Of a DNA stretch of 64,000 nt, positions 52,686 to 63,810 are shown piece after piece. Numbering within the stretch: position 1 is the first letter of the stretch; each line of letters begins with the position of its first letter. This stretch comes from Spirochaetota bacterium (GTDB lineage Bacteria > Spirochaetota > UBA4802 > UBA5550). Both the position numbers and the translations under genes were made by a program. Under the pieces are notes generated by a model, which was given only the letters and a program-made list of their open reading frames with translations, ran no database searches and was not told the DNA's origin. The stretch spans positions 2,240,001 through 2,304,000 of the forward strand of contig OY760686.1 in the NCBI GenBank assembly GCA_963663865.1, written 5' to 3'.

Positions 52686-55355
52686 TCATCTACTCTTCGT
52701 TCCTATATTTTCGTTGATCATTGCTACAAGCTCCGCTTTCCAGAATGGCTTGCAAATACTTGCAGAAAAACCGTAGTCCTTCGGATTTGACATGACCGGG
52801 TCATCCGCATAACCGCTTACAACAAACACAGGTGTTTTCAAACATATTTTTCGTATTTCACCTATGGCTTCCCTTCCACCCATTCCACCGGGAATCGTGA
52901 GGTCGAAAATCATCCCCGCAACTGTGCGCTTGGCCTTGGTTTCTTCATCAAACCATGCGACCGCATCTTCTCCATTCTCTTTGAGTATAACGCTATATCC
53001 AATTGACTCAAGCATACCGCCGATAGTCTCACGCATTACCTTTTCATCATCCATGACCAGAAATGTTCCGGAACTTTTAAATTTACGTGTTGATTTTTTT
53101 TCTGCATCAGAAACGGATACTGGAGAAGCTGGCAGATACATATGGAATGTGCTGCCTTTGCCCGGCTCCGATTCAGCCTCTATACATCCGCCATGACGGT
53201 TGACAATAGAATAAGTGGTAGCAAGACCAAGTCCGTGCCCCGACGGTTTTGTCGTAAAAAACGGATCGAAAATGTGGGAAAGATATTCCTTTGGTATGCC
53301 GATGCCATGATCTGCAATCGAAATTTTGACATAATTCCCAGGCTCCAGAGCATTTGTTTGCTTTTCGGCAAAGGTAATATTTTTAGCGGAAAATTCAATT
53401 TCACCTCCACCGGGCATGGCTTGCTGGGCGTTAATAACAAGGTTGTCAATAACCTGCCCAATCTGGTTTTTGTCAATATCGCATGGCCAGAGGTTTTCCT
53501 GTATCTGGAAGCTGCTGAAAACAGTTGATCCGCTCAGCGCGAATTTAGCCGTTTCCTGTACAAAGGGAAACAAAGGTTCAATTTTTTTGATTGGTGCTCC
53601 GCCTTTGTCAAATGTCAGCAATTGCTGAGTTAGAGCGCGGACCCTGTCAATAGTGCCTAGCGCCTTTGCAAGATAGCTTGAAAGCTCAGGGTCCCTTGAT
53701 AATCCTATTGCCAGATCAATGTATCCGAATACACCGCCCATAAGATTGTTAAAATCGTGTGCTATGCCGCCTGCGAGAATCCCGAGAGATTCGAGTTTCT
53801 GCGAATTCAGTGTGATTTCAAGAAGTTTATCCTTTTCAGTTGTATCACGAAAAACTAGAACGACACCTATGGTATTTGCATTGTTGTCCAGAATTGGCGC
53901 AGCCGAATCAGCAATCATCCGCTCGGTTCCGTCACGCGAAACCAGGATGGTGTGATTTGCCAGTTCAAACATTTTACTGGTCGAAAGCACTTTTTTTACC
54001 GGGTTTTCGTAAGGTTGTCGCGTAGATTTATTTATTATTTTGAATACGGTAGTAAGGCTTTCCCCCCGCGCTTTTTCCTGTTTCCAGCCAGTAAGATCTT
54101 CCGCAACTTTGTTCATGAGGACAATATTACCATCAATGTCGGTGGTAATTACGCCGTCACCAATACTGCGCAGGGTTACCGCAAGTCGTTCTTTTTCAGC
54201 GGAAAGGGAGAGTTCTGCCTTTTTGCGTTCGGCAAGCAATCTGCTTTTTTCGATCGCACTATAACTTAGTGTCGAAATGATTCCTGCCAGCTTTGCATAG
54301 AATTGCATGCCGTTATTCACCTCTTCTTTGGTGAAACGTGGCACTCGCTCGAACGCTGAAAGATATTCACTCTCATCGAATCCATATTTTCTGGCTTGCG
54401 TACGAAACAACTCCACGTCTGGAATCTCGTCTTTATATAAAAATTGGCCAATAAAGACATTACCAACGTGTCTTCCTCCTACAATTATGGGTGTTACTAT
54501 GTCCCACATATTGTTCTTACACCGATAGGCCTTAAATATTCCAGCTGGGACACCAGTGGTGAGGATAGTGTCACTTTCATGGCACTTTTTGAGCGTGTCA
54601 GGATTGCACCTGTGAAATTTGGTACATATATCTTGCCAACCAACTGCAACCAGAACTTTACCTGATATATCGAGTATGGCACCCAGCATTCCGGTAAGCT
54701 TGTAAAAATTTTCCATCATGGATTGTAGAACTGTTGTATCAATAATGTCGGAAAGTTCCAGCTTGCCAATATCGCCTTCGGGTTCTGTAATGGTTTTGAG
54801 CTTGTCCCTGACGACAGTTTTACTTACTCTCAGCTCTTCTTCAATTTGTCTATAGGCTTCATCTTGCCATTTCATCTCTCCAACTAATCCCAACATTGTA
54901 ATATCCATTTCAATCATATCGCGGAGTTGAAGCATTAATTTCCTGTGTAAAGGCGAAAATGAATTCTCTTTACTGTCAAGGACACATAAAGCTCCAAAAG
55001 GATGTTTGTCAGGAAAGTTTATTGGGAATCCAAGGTACGCAACCATACCTACTTTAATATCACAGTTTATGTTCCAGCGCGGATCAGACATTACATTAGG
55101 AATTAACAGCTCTTTTTGCGTTTTGATAACTGTTTGGCAGTACAATCCGAGCCATTTCTCTTTATCACCCGGATGGTATGGATTGTTGTCGGTTTTACTC
55201 GAAACAAGAACTTCCATACACTCAATTTCATTTAACATAATCAATGCAGCAGGAACAGAAATGATTTCAGCAAGTAGATCGGCAATTTCTTGCCACTTTG
55301 CGAATAAATCACTATCAATATTTGCAACAAAAGGTATTAGAGGTTTTCCTGTCAT
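52686..55355 (-). CDS. Hybrid sensor histidine kinase (GAF-PocR-PAS-HisKA-HATPase-REC)
   Basis: WQDICTKFHR (PocR), AHDFNN, FFTTKPSGHGLGL and a C-terminal receiver domain. Confidence 0.9.
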   Translation of the reverse strand: MTGKPLIPFVANIDSDLFAKWQEIADLLAEIISVPAALIMLNEIECMEVLVSSKTDNNPYHPGDKEKWLGLYCQTVIKTQKELLIPNVMSDPRWNINCDIKVGMVAYLGFPINFPDKHPFGALCVLDSKENSFSPLHRKLMLQLRDMIEMDITMLGLVGEMKWQDEAYRQIEEELRVSKTVVRDKLKTITEPEGDIGKLELSDIIDTTVLQSMMENFYKLTGMLGAILDISGKVLVAVGWQDICTKFHRCNPDTLKKCHESDTILTTGVPAGIFKAYRCKNNMWDIVTPIIVGGRHVGNVFIGQFLYKDEIPDVELFRTQARKYGFDESEYLSAFERVPRFTKEEVNNGMQFYAKLAGIISTLSYSAIEKSRLLAERKKAELSLSAEKERLAVTLRSIGDGVITTDIDGNIVLMNKVAEDLTGWKQEKARGESLTTVFKIINKSTRQPYENPVKKVLSTSKMFELANHTILVSRDGTERMIADSAAPILDNNANTIGVVLVFRDTTEKDKLLEITLNSQKLESLGILAGGIAHDFNNLMGGVFGYIDLAIGLSRDPELSSYLAKALGTIDRVRALTQQLLTFDKGGAPIKKIEPLFPFVQETAKFALSGSTVFSSFQIQENLWPCDIDKNQIGQVIDNLVINAQQAMPGGGEIEFSAKNITFAEKQTNALEPGNYVKISIADHGIGIPKEYLSHIFDPFFTTKPSGHGLGLATTYSIVNRHGGCIEAESEPGKGSTFHMYLPASPVSVSDAEKKSTRKFKSSGTFLVMDDEKVMRETIGGMLESIGYSVILKENGEDAVAWFDEETKAKRTVAGMIFDLTIPGGMGGREAIGEIRKICLKTPVFVVSGYADDPVMSNPKDYGFSASICKPFWKAELVAMINENIGTKSR

Positions 55356-55812
55356 TCTGCCTCATGGTTTTATCTGCTTTAGATGGGCAAATATTTTTTG
55401 CTCCGGCTTTCTTATCTATCAGACATTACCCGGCTGGGAAACCTGTCCGAAATTTTGACAACATGTTTAAGTTTCATTATTTTCCTTCAAAATGCGAATA
55501 TTCTTTCCAGAGTAAATACCCTGTAAATATGGATCAATTATAACACAGGAGCGCAGGTAAGTAAATTTTTTTTCGGGGGGATTACTCGGCGATCGTTCTT
55601 GCCTGAGCTGAATTAATTGTTAAGGGCTTTTCACAAAATATATTTTAACTATATGTTAATGTTTCACAAATATTTTCATAATGAGAATTGTGTGTTGTGA
55701 AAATATAGACAATTTCCGTATCCGACATTTTTCAAGCTCCTGACAAAAACCCCGGCAATACGGCCGCATCTAATGACACCCCATTTTAATGACATAGAAT
55801 ACTTTTCTCTCA

Positions 55813-57456
55813 TTAAGAAGATTTTGAGCGTTTGCCCCATATTGGAATCATCCTTATAAAATTAGATTGGCAAATTAAAACAAATAACAGAGGTAATCCA
55901 ACTATGTATCTGTACCAGAGACATTTTGGAGACTTTATTAGTCTCCATAACCATTCAAAACCAATTTTTCTGATAAAAACCAATCTTTCGGGAAGTCTAC
56001 TTTCCTTAAATGCAAGAAATTCAAAAAAGGCGCCTACGCAATAAAATGTTATTTCAGGGAAGTTCGGTCTATTTATGTTTATCCACTTTTCCTGTACAGG
56101 TTGACTCATTCCGATAAATGCAATTTGAGGCTTGTAATACTCCAACTTACCGTTAAGTTCCTGTTTATCAGTTTCATTCTTGAAATAACCCGTATTAACA
56201 AATGCTATTTCGATTGTCGGCTCAATGTTCTTCAACTCGACAGCAGCCTTCTCAGCTAACCCCTCTATTCCACCAATTAAAGCTATTTTGATTTTCTGGT
56301 TTGCTATCTCCTGAAACAGCTTCCTGTAATAGCTGTGAAGTGTAACCTTTTTCATAAACCTGAACTTCGTTAATATAGCAGTAATTACTACGCCCATACC
56401 ATCAGAAGCACAGATATCCGAAGTTTCTATGATACGTCGAAATTCCTGATCTTTCCTTGAGATAATCAGCGACCAGGCAGTAAGATATGTTATAAACAAT
56501 CCCTTCTTCTGGCTAATATTCGAAAACATTTTTGCAAGAAGTTTATCTTCATCGATGTCATGGACTTTTGTTGACAGGATTTGAATTTCGACATTACTAC
56601 TGATTTTCATTCTCGAAATAAATCTGCCTGAAGCTTCAAAGAAATACGCCATAAGCACAAAGAAAAAGTCCACTACACTGAGTTCGACGTCCTGACATAA
56701 CCTTCTCATTCTTTTTAATAATTCGAATTTATCAGAGGTATTCATGAAAGGTCTATCTTTGGGAAGAAAGCTTGCCCTGGCTGAAATATTATAATAACCG
56801 ATTCGAAAATGCTTTATAATATACCTAACCATGTTCATGGATGGAGAATGAACAGCTAATGCCTTCTCCAAATATAATGGAATCCTGTCACTCTTCAATA
56901 ATCGGCCAAGCAAATCAGTATCTTCTCCCCGCACGAGTTCCGTATTAAAAAAACCAATCTCTGAAAATATATCTTTCTTTATTGCGAAGGCAGATGTATT
57001 AAGATATTTGATATGACCACTATCAAGGGTTAAGTATTCCATAGTTGGCACTAATCTTAGAAATTCCAGCTTTCCCACTCCGCTTTTCAAATCACCAATC
57101 ACCTTAAATTGAAATGACGACTCATCCGGGTGCATTTCATATGATTTGATGAAATATTCGAACGCATCTTTTGCCAAAAAGCAATCGGAATCTATAAAAA
57201 TAATACACTCGCCCCTTGCCGCTGCAATACCTCTATTTCTTGCGACGGCAATGCCAAGTGGGACTTGTTTTATATAGTTTACCGAACATACTTTTCCCCA
57301 TTCTTCGATTAAATCATGAAAATCACATTTACTGCCATCATCAATGATTACTAATTCAAAATTACTTGAGTCAATTTGCGGTAAAATGAGTTCCACACAG
57401 GTCTTTAATTCATTCTTCCGGTCTTTTATTGGTATGACTACTGTGAATAGAACCAT
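55813..57456 (-). CDS. GT2 glycosyltransferase fused to a WecB/TagA/CpsF domain
   Basis: N-terminal IIDDGS, ARNRG and FIDSD; C-terminal SDGMGV, IGMSQPVQEKW, VGAFF and EWLWRL. Confidence 0.85.
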   Translation of the reverse strand: MVLFTVVIPIKDRKNELKTCVELILPQIDSSNFELVIIDDGSKCDFHDLIEEWGKVCSVNYIKQVPLGIAVARNRGIAAARGECIIFIDSDCFLAKDAFEYFIKSYEMHPDESSFQFKVIGDLKSGVGKLEFLRLVPTMEYLTLDSGHIKYLNTSAFAIKKDIFSEIGFFNTELVRGEDTDLLGRLLKSDRIPLYLEKALAVHSPSMNMVRYIIKHFRIGYYNISARASFLPKDRPFMNTSDKFELLKRMRRLCQDVELSVVDFFFVLMAYFFEASGRFISRMKISSNVEIQILSTKVHDIDEDKLLAKMFSNISQKKGLFITYLTAWSLIISRKDQEFRRIIETSDICASDGMGVVITAILTKFRFMKKVTLHSYYRKLFQEIANQKIKIALIGGIEGLAEKAAVELKNIEPTIEIAFVNTGYFKNETDKQELNGKLEYYKPQIAFIGMSQPVQEKWININRPNFPEITFYCVGAFFEFLAFKESRLPERLVFIRKIGFEWLWRLIKSPKCLWYRYIVGLPLLFVLICQSNFIRMIPIWGKRSKSS

Positions 57457-57665
57457 TATTACTCACCTGACAAAGTAATCTATATGACTTCCCTCAGAAA
57501 AGTGTATACTTCAATTAGGGAAAATTTCCTGAAAAAATCAAAAAATAATTATGCAGATGACAGATATAAAAAGAAAAAGAATTATCGAACAGCTGATTGC
57601 GACATAATCCTATTGACATGAAGAATAACTTGCCCGATCATTGACCCATCAACAGGGAGGAATCA

Positions 57666-58568
57666 ATGGATAGAATTACAATAACAGAAGATTTATCCTT
57701 CTCAAAAATTATACATGGTTGGTGGAGAGCTGAAAATTGGAATATGACTGTAGATGAAAGAGCAGCTTTTATTTCACGATGCGTAGATAAAGGGATAACG
57801 ACTTTTGATCACGCTGATATATACAGTGGCGGAATCTGCGAAGAACTTTTTGGTGAAGCTTTGGAATTAAAACCGGAATTAAGAAATAAAATCGAAATCA
57901 TAACAAAATGTGGAATCAGATTTATTCATCCGAATATGCCTGAAAATAATGGTCATTACTATGATACAAGTTATGAACATATAATTTATACTGTTGATAA
58001 ATCCTTAAACGGTCTAAAAACAGATTATGTTGATATTCTGCTTATACACAGGCCGGACATGTTTATGAATCCGAAGGAGGTGGCAAAAGCATTTAAAAGA
58101 TTAAAGGAGAACGGAAAAGTAAAATATTTTGGTGTATCTAATTTTCTTCCAGAACAATTTGATATGCTGCAATCATATCTAGATTTTCCTTTAGTTATAA
58201 ATCAACTGGAATTATCTGTGGCATGCTATGAGAATTTTGAAAATGGTGCTGTCGACAATGCATTAAAGAACAGGGTAAAACTTATGGCCTGGTCTCCGCT
58301 TTCCGGAGGAGATTTGTTTGCCTCTCAAGATATTAAATATGTTAGACTTCGCAAGGCATTAGAGGAAATAAAAAATGAAGTTGGAGCGCAAGGGATAGAT
58401 GAAATTGCATATTCATGGTTAATGGCTCACCCCGCTGAAATAGCCCCTATAGTTGGTTCGGGAAAATTTGATAGAGTTGAATCAGCTATCAGAGCTGTTG
58501 ATATTTCACTTACAAGAAAACAATGGTTTAAAATACTGGATGCTTCCAGAGGTCATGAAGTTGCTTAG
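57666..58568 (+). CDS. Aldo/keto reductase (YdhF-like)
   Basis: TTFDHADIY, LLIHRPD, GVSNF and AWSPL motifs. Confidence 0.92.
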   Translation: MDRITITEDLSFSKIIHGWWRAENWNMTVDERAAFISRCVDKGITTFDHADIYSGGICEELFGEALELKPELRNKIEIITKCGIRFIHPNMPENNGHYYDTSYEHIIYTVDKSLNGLKTDYVDILLIHRPDMFMNPKEVAKAFKRLKENGKVKYFGVSNFLPEQFDMLQSYLDFPLVINQLELSVACYENFENGAVDNALKNRVKLMAWSPLSGGDLFASQDIKYVRLRKALEEIKNEVGAQGIDEIAYSWLMAHPAEIAPIVGSGKFDRVESAIRAVDISLTRKQWFKILDASRGHEVA

Positions 58569-58641
58569 TGAAGAAACCGGAGTGAACCACTGAAGAATGG
58601 CCACTCCGATGGGGAGTCAGGAAGTTTTGCCTGGTTTTTCT

Positions 58642-58696
58642 CAAAACCGGCAAATTTATATCGGAGTAAAGTGGCATAATCCAATCGGTATTAACA
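58642..58696 (-). mobile_element. IS21-like terminal repeat (right, inverted)
   Basis: Reverse complement matches 35900-35954 at 45/55 positions; ends in CA. Confidence 0.65.
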
Positions 58697-58739
58697 ATCC
58701 TGAAATTTTAATAGAGTTTTAATAACTATTTCGGCTTTT

Positions 58740-59513
58740 TTAATAATTCCTCCTGTAGTTAATGATATCTTCAATCCATAACTGTTTACCCTTCAGAATG
58801 ACTTTCATATCAAAAGAAGCCGATCCTTCCTGCATGCCAACCTTTACTGGAATATGAATATAATCTCCGATTACACTTACCAGACCCGAAAACCCTTCAG
58901 AAAATCCCATATTTCCGACAAATCTGAAGATACCAGAACTGTCAGGATTTAGACTTCTGTGTTTGATCTTTTTGTATACTGAATTAGACACATGGAGAAT
59001 GTGGATGCTTCCCCTGGATACTTCGTACAATGCCGGTATAATGAAAACATCATCATCTGGAGCATCATCATAGACGGCTTTTTCGTTGAATGCAGCTAAC
59101 TGATAATTTGTTCCTTTGTAACTGAATCTACCTGTTCCGGCATTGAAAAGCCCCTGATTGAACAGATAAAGAAACTGCCCATATATCCATCCCTTTAAAC
59201 CATCATGGCATTTAATCTTATACCAGTAGTAGGAAAAAGTCCCTTTTTGTGCCAGCTTTACCGGCTTTTCAGACTTCGCAAGGACTCTGACTACAGTCCC
59301 GGTATTCAGCACACCTACTATATCCGAAGAAAGTTTATCCCCTGAACGAAGCCGAACTTTCATACCCACAACAAGCGCAATTGATTGGTCAGGTTTCTGA
59401 TCTACTTCGGCACGTAATGCAGAGAAAGCTGTAAATATCATTATCACATAAACTGACATACATATTTTTTTCAAAATAAATCTCTCTGTCTTAAATTCTA
59501 TAACATAATACAC
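58740..59513 (-). CDS. SH3-domain exported protein
   Basis: VRLRSG..IVGVLNTG and WYKIK...GWIYG motifs; true start may be more internal. Confidence 0.7.
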   Translation of the reverse strand: MYYVIEFKTERFILKKICMSVYVIMIFTAFSALRAEVDQKPDQSIALVVGMKVRLRSGDKLSSDIVGVLNTGTVVRVLAKSEKPVKLAQKGTFSYYWYKIKCHDGLKGWIYGQFLYLFNQGLFNAGTGRFSYKGTNYQLAAFNEKAVYDDAPDDDVFIIPALYEVSRGSIHILHVSNSVYKKIKHRSLNPDSSGIFRFVGNMGFSEGFSGLVSVIGDYIHIPVKVGMQEGSASFDMKVILKGKQLWIEDIINYRRNY

Positions 59514-59621
59514 TATTCCTGTTATACCAACATGATATCAAGTCAATAACTTAACAGGTGAATCCGGCACTCCAAATAATGGGGCTTGAGCCGCTGATGA
59601 ACAAGATTATTTCAGCCATGC

Positions 59622-59649
59622 AAAAAAAACCCCGCGTCAGCGGGGCTTT
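59622..59649 (-). terminator. Intrinsic terminator of the esterase gene
   Basis: CCCCGC...GCGGGG hairpin followed by a T-tract on the minus strand. Confidence 0.75.
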
Positions 59650-59659
59650 AAACAACTCA

Positions 59660-61327
59660 CTACTGCCACAGTCCAAGTTGAGGCCCCAGATAGGCCTTCC
59701 AGAAATCAAACTGAGCGTCAGTAAGGGAAGGAAGAGGCTGAACTTCATCACCGAGCTCCATGAAGTCATAGGTCCCATCAGTGAAGGCATTCCACTGTGC
59801 CAGTCCCGTTCCGTTAGGATTACCGCTCCTGGCAAAATTTGCAAGATACGACGACATTTTGTCACCGAGGTCATAGTCGACCTGTTCCCACGGACGTGTT
59901 TCAGGATCATCGTAAAAATAGTTCAGGAAGTATGGAACATCAGCGGTGTGGAAAGCTCCGGCGGCAGCCACATCGCCCGCTGCCGGCATCTCCCGTGTAA
60001 AGTGATAGAGATATGTACTACCGGTGCCCTTCAGAGATCTTGCCTTTGCGAGACAGTAGAGCTGCATGTTCATTCTGTCAATGGGAACAACATTTGCGTT
60101 GAGGTCATTGGCCTCATCATCTGTGGCAGCCGGATATGCTGCAAGAAACTCGTCGGAGAGGTCTCCGTAAGCTGTTACAGCATTGGCCTGGAACTCGGCG
60201 AGAGTCACTGCCGCGGGTGGTCCAAACATGCTGGCGTCGCCAGTAACCGCCCCTGTCATCATCTCAACATCATTCTGAGTGCCGGCCTTGTAGGCATCTA
60301 TAGGACTATTTGTGAACACATGGTTGTCAAGGGTAACGCTGGAAGAGTATCCTCCGAACATTCCGCCTCCGCCGTAGGCGTTGGAGTAAGTTAAAAGGTC
60401 CTGTGCCGGAATGGCCCTGAGGTCGGCAAGGCTGCTTCCTGTACTGTAGTCCTCGTCAAACGATGAAGCTACCGCGAGTCCGATGGTCTCCTTGTCGGCA
60501 AGTGTAGACATGGTCGTAGTTATAGCATTCCCGCTCTCAGGTACAGCCCTGTGAAACAGCCCCTTCGCGAGTGGCGAGATACATAACATGTTTACGTTGC
60601 TTCCTCCAGCTGACTGACCCATTATTGTTACGTTCGAAGGATCTCCTCCAAACTGAGCAATATTGTTTTTAATCCACTTCAACGCGGCAATCTGGTCAAG
60701 AATCGCATAGTTGCCTGAAACACCGTCAGCTGATTCAGCTGAAAGATCGGGATGCACAAAAAATCCGAATATGCCTACTCTGTAATTGACTGATACATAA
60801 ACAACTCCCTTCCTGGCGATCTCGTCTCCCCAGTAAACCTCGCATGATGATCCCCCGCTTGTGTTGGCTCCGCCGTGTATATACATTATTACAGGCCTCT
60901 TGCCGTCCGTAGAGTTTCCATCTGTCCAGACGTTAAGAGACAGGCAGTCTTCACTGTAAGTCTTGTTGCTGATTATAAACTCGGTTGACCACATCATGAA
61001 TGGTTCCTGGGCATTCTGCACAGCGCTGCTTCCAAACTCTGTGCACGCCTTCACTCCCGTCCATGACTCAACCGGCTGGGGGACCTTCCATCTGAGATCG
61101 CCTACCGGCGGTGCAGCAAATGGTATTCCCTTAAATGCCATGACGGTAGACCCTTCGACCTCAACACCTGAGACCAAACCGCTGTTGAGTTCAACCTCTT
61201 CAGCGAGAACAAAGTCCTGATTATCGGGCAGATTGTCCTCTGGGTCATCATCCGAGTCCGAACATCCGATTGCCAGACCAAGAACGAGAATCTGCAATGG
61301 AACAAGTAACATTTTAAACCTGTTCAT
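59660..61327 (-). CDS. Type-B carboxylesterase lipoprotein
   Basis: FKGIPFAAPPVGDLRW, SEDCL, FGGDPSNVTIMGQSAG and AFHTAD motifs; IGC lipobox-like sequence. Confidence 0.93.
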   Translation of the reverse strand: MNRFKMLLVPLQILVLGLAIGCSDSDDDPEDNLPDNQDFVLAEEVELNSGLVSGVEVEGSTVMAFKGIPFAAPPVGDLRWKVPQPVESWTGVKACTEFGSSAVQNAQEPFMMWSTEFIISNKTYSEDCLSLNVWTDGNSTDGKRPVIMYIHGGANTSGGSSCEVYWGDEIARKGVVYVSVNYRVGIFGFFVHPDLSAESADGVSGNYAILDQIAALKWIKNNIAQFGGDPSNVTIMGQSAGGSNVNMLCISPLAKGLFHRAVPESGNAITTTMSTLADKETIGLAVASSFDEDYSTGSSLADLRAIPAQDLLTYSNAYGGGGMFGGYSSSVTLDNHVFTNSPIDAYKAGTQNDVEMMTGAVTGDASMFGPPAAVTLAEFQANAVTAYGDLSDEFLAAYPAATDDEANDLNANVVPIDRMNMQLYCLAKARSLKGTGSTYLYHFTREMPAAGDVAAAGAFHTADVPYFLNYFYDDPETRPWEQVDYDLGDKMSSYLANFARSGNPNGTGLAQWNAFTDGTYDFMELGDEVQPLPSLTDAQFDFWKAYLGPQLGLWQ

Positions 61328-61855
61328 AGTATAAACCTCCTAAAATTTTGAGCATATTTTGAGCATATATATTACAAATTATGCTTACAACACCGGGTGT
61401 ATTAATATGAGTAATTTGCACAATACAACGTGCCTGGTTATCAGGATTTAATACGCTCAAAATTTTGATTCCAGATCTGACGGAATTTGAGAAAATTATG
61501 CTAATTTATTCCGGCATGTCTCATGATTCCTTGATATCCGATAAAAACTTAATTGAGAATTCCTGATATCAATGATTTCTTTTTTCTGTTTTCCGAAATA
61601 TAATATGCATTATTCTTATTCTTTGATATGGAACTCGAAAAAGAAACCTCATAACCATGAATATTTCTTAAAGATAGCTTGACTGTTTTTCATATACAGC
61701 ATCATGTTAAAGTGACCTGTTTCACAATCTATGGTGCGTTCCAGACCAGAGGCTGCGGCCCAGAGATTGCTTCATTCTGCAAAAATATCAGATGTAGAAC
61801 CTGAAGAGGGTCAGACTTGTCAGCATGATTTTAACAACCAAAAGGTACCACTGGT

Positions 61856-62875
61856 ATGAGATGCTTTTTAACAGGGGGGATGATGGCTCTCCTGCTGACG
61901 GTTCTATCTGCTTTCAACAGCACGCATGCATTCGCGCAGTCTGCCGGTACAAAAGAGGAAAGCTCCAACATTGTATCATATACTGACAGGCTCATCGTCC
62001 GTCCAATATTGATATTCCCCACCCTTGAACTCAGAATAGTCAGCAAAAACGATCCCGAAAAAGAAGATGACTCAAGCGGAATTTCCTACAATCCGCAGCC
62101 AAGGCTCAGCGCAGGGGCCGGGCTTTCATGGAAGGGATGGGGATTTTCTATCAGTGAAAGCTTAATCCCGCTTAATGCCAGTGACGGCTCTCAGGAGGGC
62201 AAAACTCAGGCACTTGACTTACAGTTTTTCAGCTATTTCAGAAAGTTTCATCTCGATGTATACTACCAGCATTACAGCGGCTACTACGCAACAACCAACA
62301 ATGTGGAGAAGTTCCGCTCAGACCTGAGCCTTACCAGTGCAGGAATAAATCTAATCTACGTCTTTTCGGACAGATTTTCCTTCAGATCATCGTTCAACCA
62401 GACTGAGCGTCAGATTGAGTCCTCAGGTTCATGGCTGGCAATGGCATCTTGCAGCTTTCTGAATATCTCAAGCGGCTACTCACTGATCCCGCCTGAGCAG
62501 GAAGAAATGTTCGGGACGGACAGCGGATACAGAGGAGGAAAATACAAAAGCATTTCCCTGCTCGGCGGCTACTCATATACCTTCATATTCTTTAAGCGCT
62601 GGTACACTACCCTCGCACTTCTTGTCGGGGGAGGATGGATGTATCAGGACTATACTGTCGCTGCTGGAAACGTCGAGGCCCATTCTCTTTCGAGCAAGTA
62701 CAACGGAAGGCTTGCCTTCGGATATTCTGGAGAAAAATACTTCGCCGGCATTCTGTCTATCATAGACATACACTCAACAGAGCCATTTTTAGGTTTATAC
62801 CGAAGAAAGGGTGAAGTAGTTACAGTTACCCGCATGACCGTTTACGGCGAAGCCTTCGCGGGAATTAGATTTTGA
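61856..62875 (+). CDS. DUF4421-like outer-membrane protein
   Basis: Signal peptide, YYQHYSGYY, SFNQTERQIESSGS and C-terminal GIRF. Confidence 0.65.
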   Translation: MRCFLTGGMMALLLTVLSAFNSTHAFAQSAGTKEESSNIVSYTDRLIVRPILIFPTLELRIVSKNDPEKEDDSSGISYNPQPRLSAGAGLSWKGWGFSISESLIPLNASDGSQEGKTQALDLQFFSYFRKFHLDVYYQHYSGYYATTNNVEKFRSDLSLTSAGINLIYVFSDRFSFRSSFNQTERQIESSGSWLAMASCSFLNISSGYSLIPPEQEEMFGTDSGYRGGKYKSISLLGGYSYTFIFFKRWYTTLALLVGGGWMYQDYTVAAGNVEAHSLSSKYNGRLAFGYSGEKYFAGILSIIDIHSTEPFLGLYRRKGEVVTVTRMTVYGEAFAGIRF

Positions 62876-63515
62876 CACACGTTTCATATTCTGAGAAATC
62901 TTTAATAATTGGATAATTGAACAGGCTATAATCTTCGTTATTTGAGTTTACAATAATTATCTCCCCGGCTTTTGCTGCAATAGCCGAGTTAATCCCTGCC
63001 ACAGAGTCTTCAAAAATGACCACATCCTCCGGGCTCATATTTAATTTATGTATCGCAATATTAAAAATCTCCGGATCGGGCTTGCTCTTTATTGTTCCAT
63101 CATTGTAGATGATTAAGTCAATATCAAACCATTTCAGCAGATTAAATCTATTGATGTAGAAATCAACATTCTCTTTACCGGCTGAAGTAGCGATTGCAAA
63201 AGGTATTCTATTATGCTTACAGTATTCGAATAATTCTATAGCTCCATCGGCCAGCTTAACATCCGCTTCCAGGCATAATTTGCGGTAAATCGACTCCTTC
63301 TCTTCCGACAACTGAGTCATGGCCAGTGAATCGAACTTTTTATTGAACAAACTCGTGAATATGTCCTGATTGGTTTTACCATGAATAACATGGTTTTTTT
63401 CCTCATCAGATAAATTTATATTATACTGTTTAAGAAAATCATCCCAGGCCCTGTTGTGCAGATGAGTGTCCCATAGCAAAGTACCATTAAAGTCAAAAAT
63501 CACGGCTTTCTTCAT
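62865..63515 (-). CDS. HAD-family phosphatase
   Basis: IFDFNGTL, KPDPEIF and FEDSVAG motifs. Confidence 0.9.
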   Translation of the reverse strand: MKKAVIFDFNGTLLWDTHLHNRAWDDFLKQYNINLSDEEKNHVIHGKTNQDIFTSLFNKKFDSLAMTQLSEEKESIYRKLCLEADVKLADGAIELFEYCKHNRIPFAIATSAGKENVDFYINRFNLLKWFDIDLIIYNDGTIKSKPDPEIFNIAIHKLNMSPEDVVIFEDSVAGINSAIAAKAGEIIIVNSNNEDYSLFNYPIIKDFSEYETCVKI

Positions 63516-63810
63516 CAGAAATACCCCCATTATTAAAACAACCCACCTGCCTATGACCACCATCATGATACTTATATTTCAGAACAAAGGCCTTCAACGA
63601 TCAAATATAATAATTACAAAATATCTGTCAATCATAGTATTGTTCGAATTATTGCAAAAGGGAAACAAGGACTGCAAGCTATTTGTGAATGTTAAGCGCT
63701 CGGATTATTTCCGGCAATCTGGCATAGTCCGGATACAACACGCCACCCTGTTAAGCCAGCAATAATCCCGGCTCAACAGGGTGAATGACGGTAATATCCT
63801 CAATATTGTT

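Noticed and set aside
59558-60394. 278-aa antisense ORF opposite the carboxylesterase
   Set aside because: Shadow frame of a GC-balanced gene, with no motifs or RBS.
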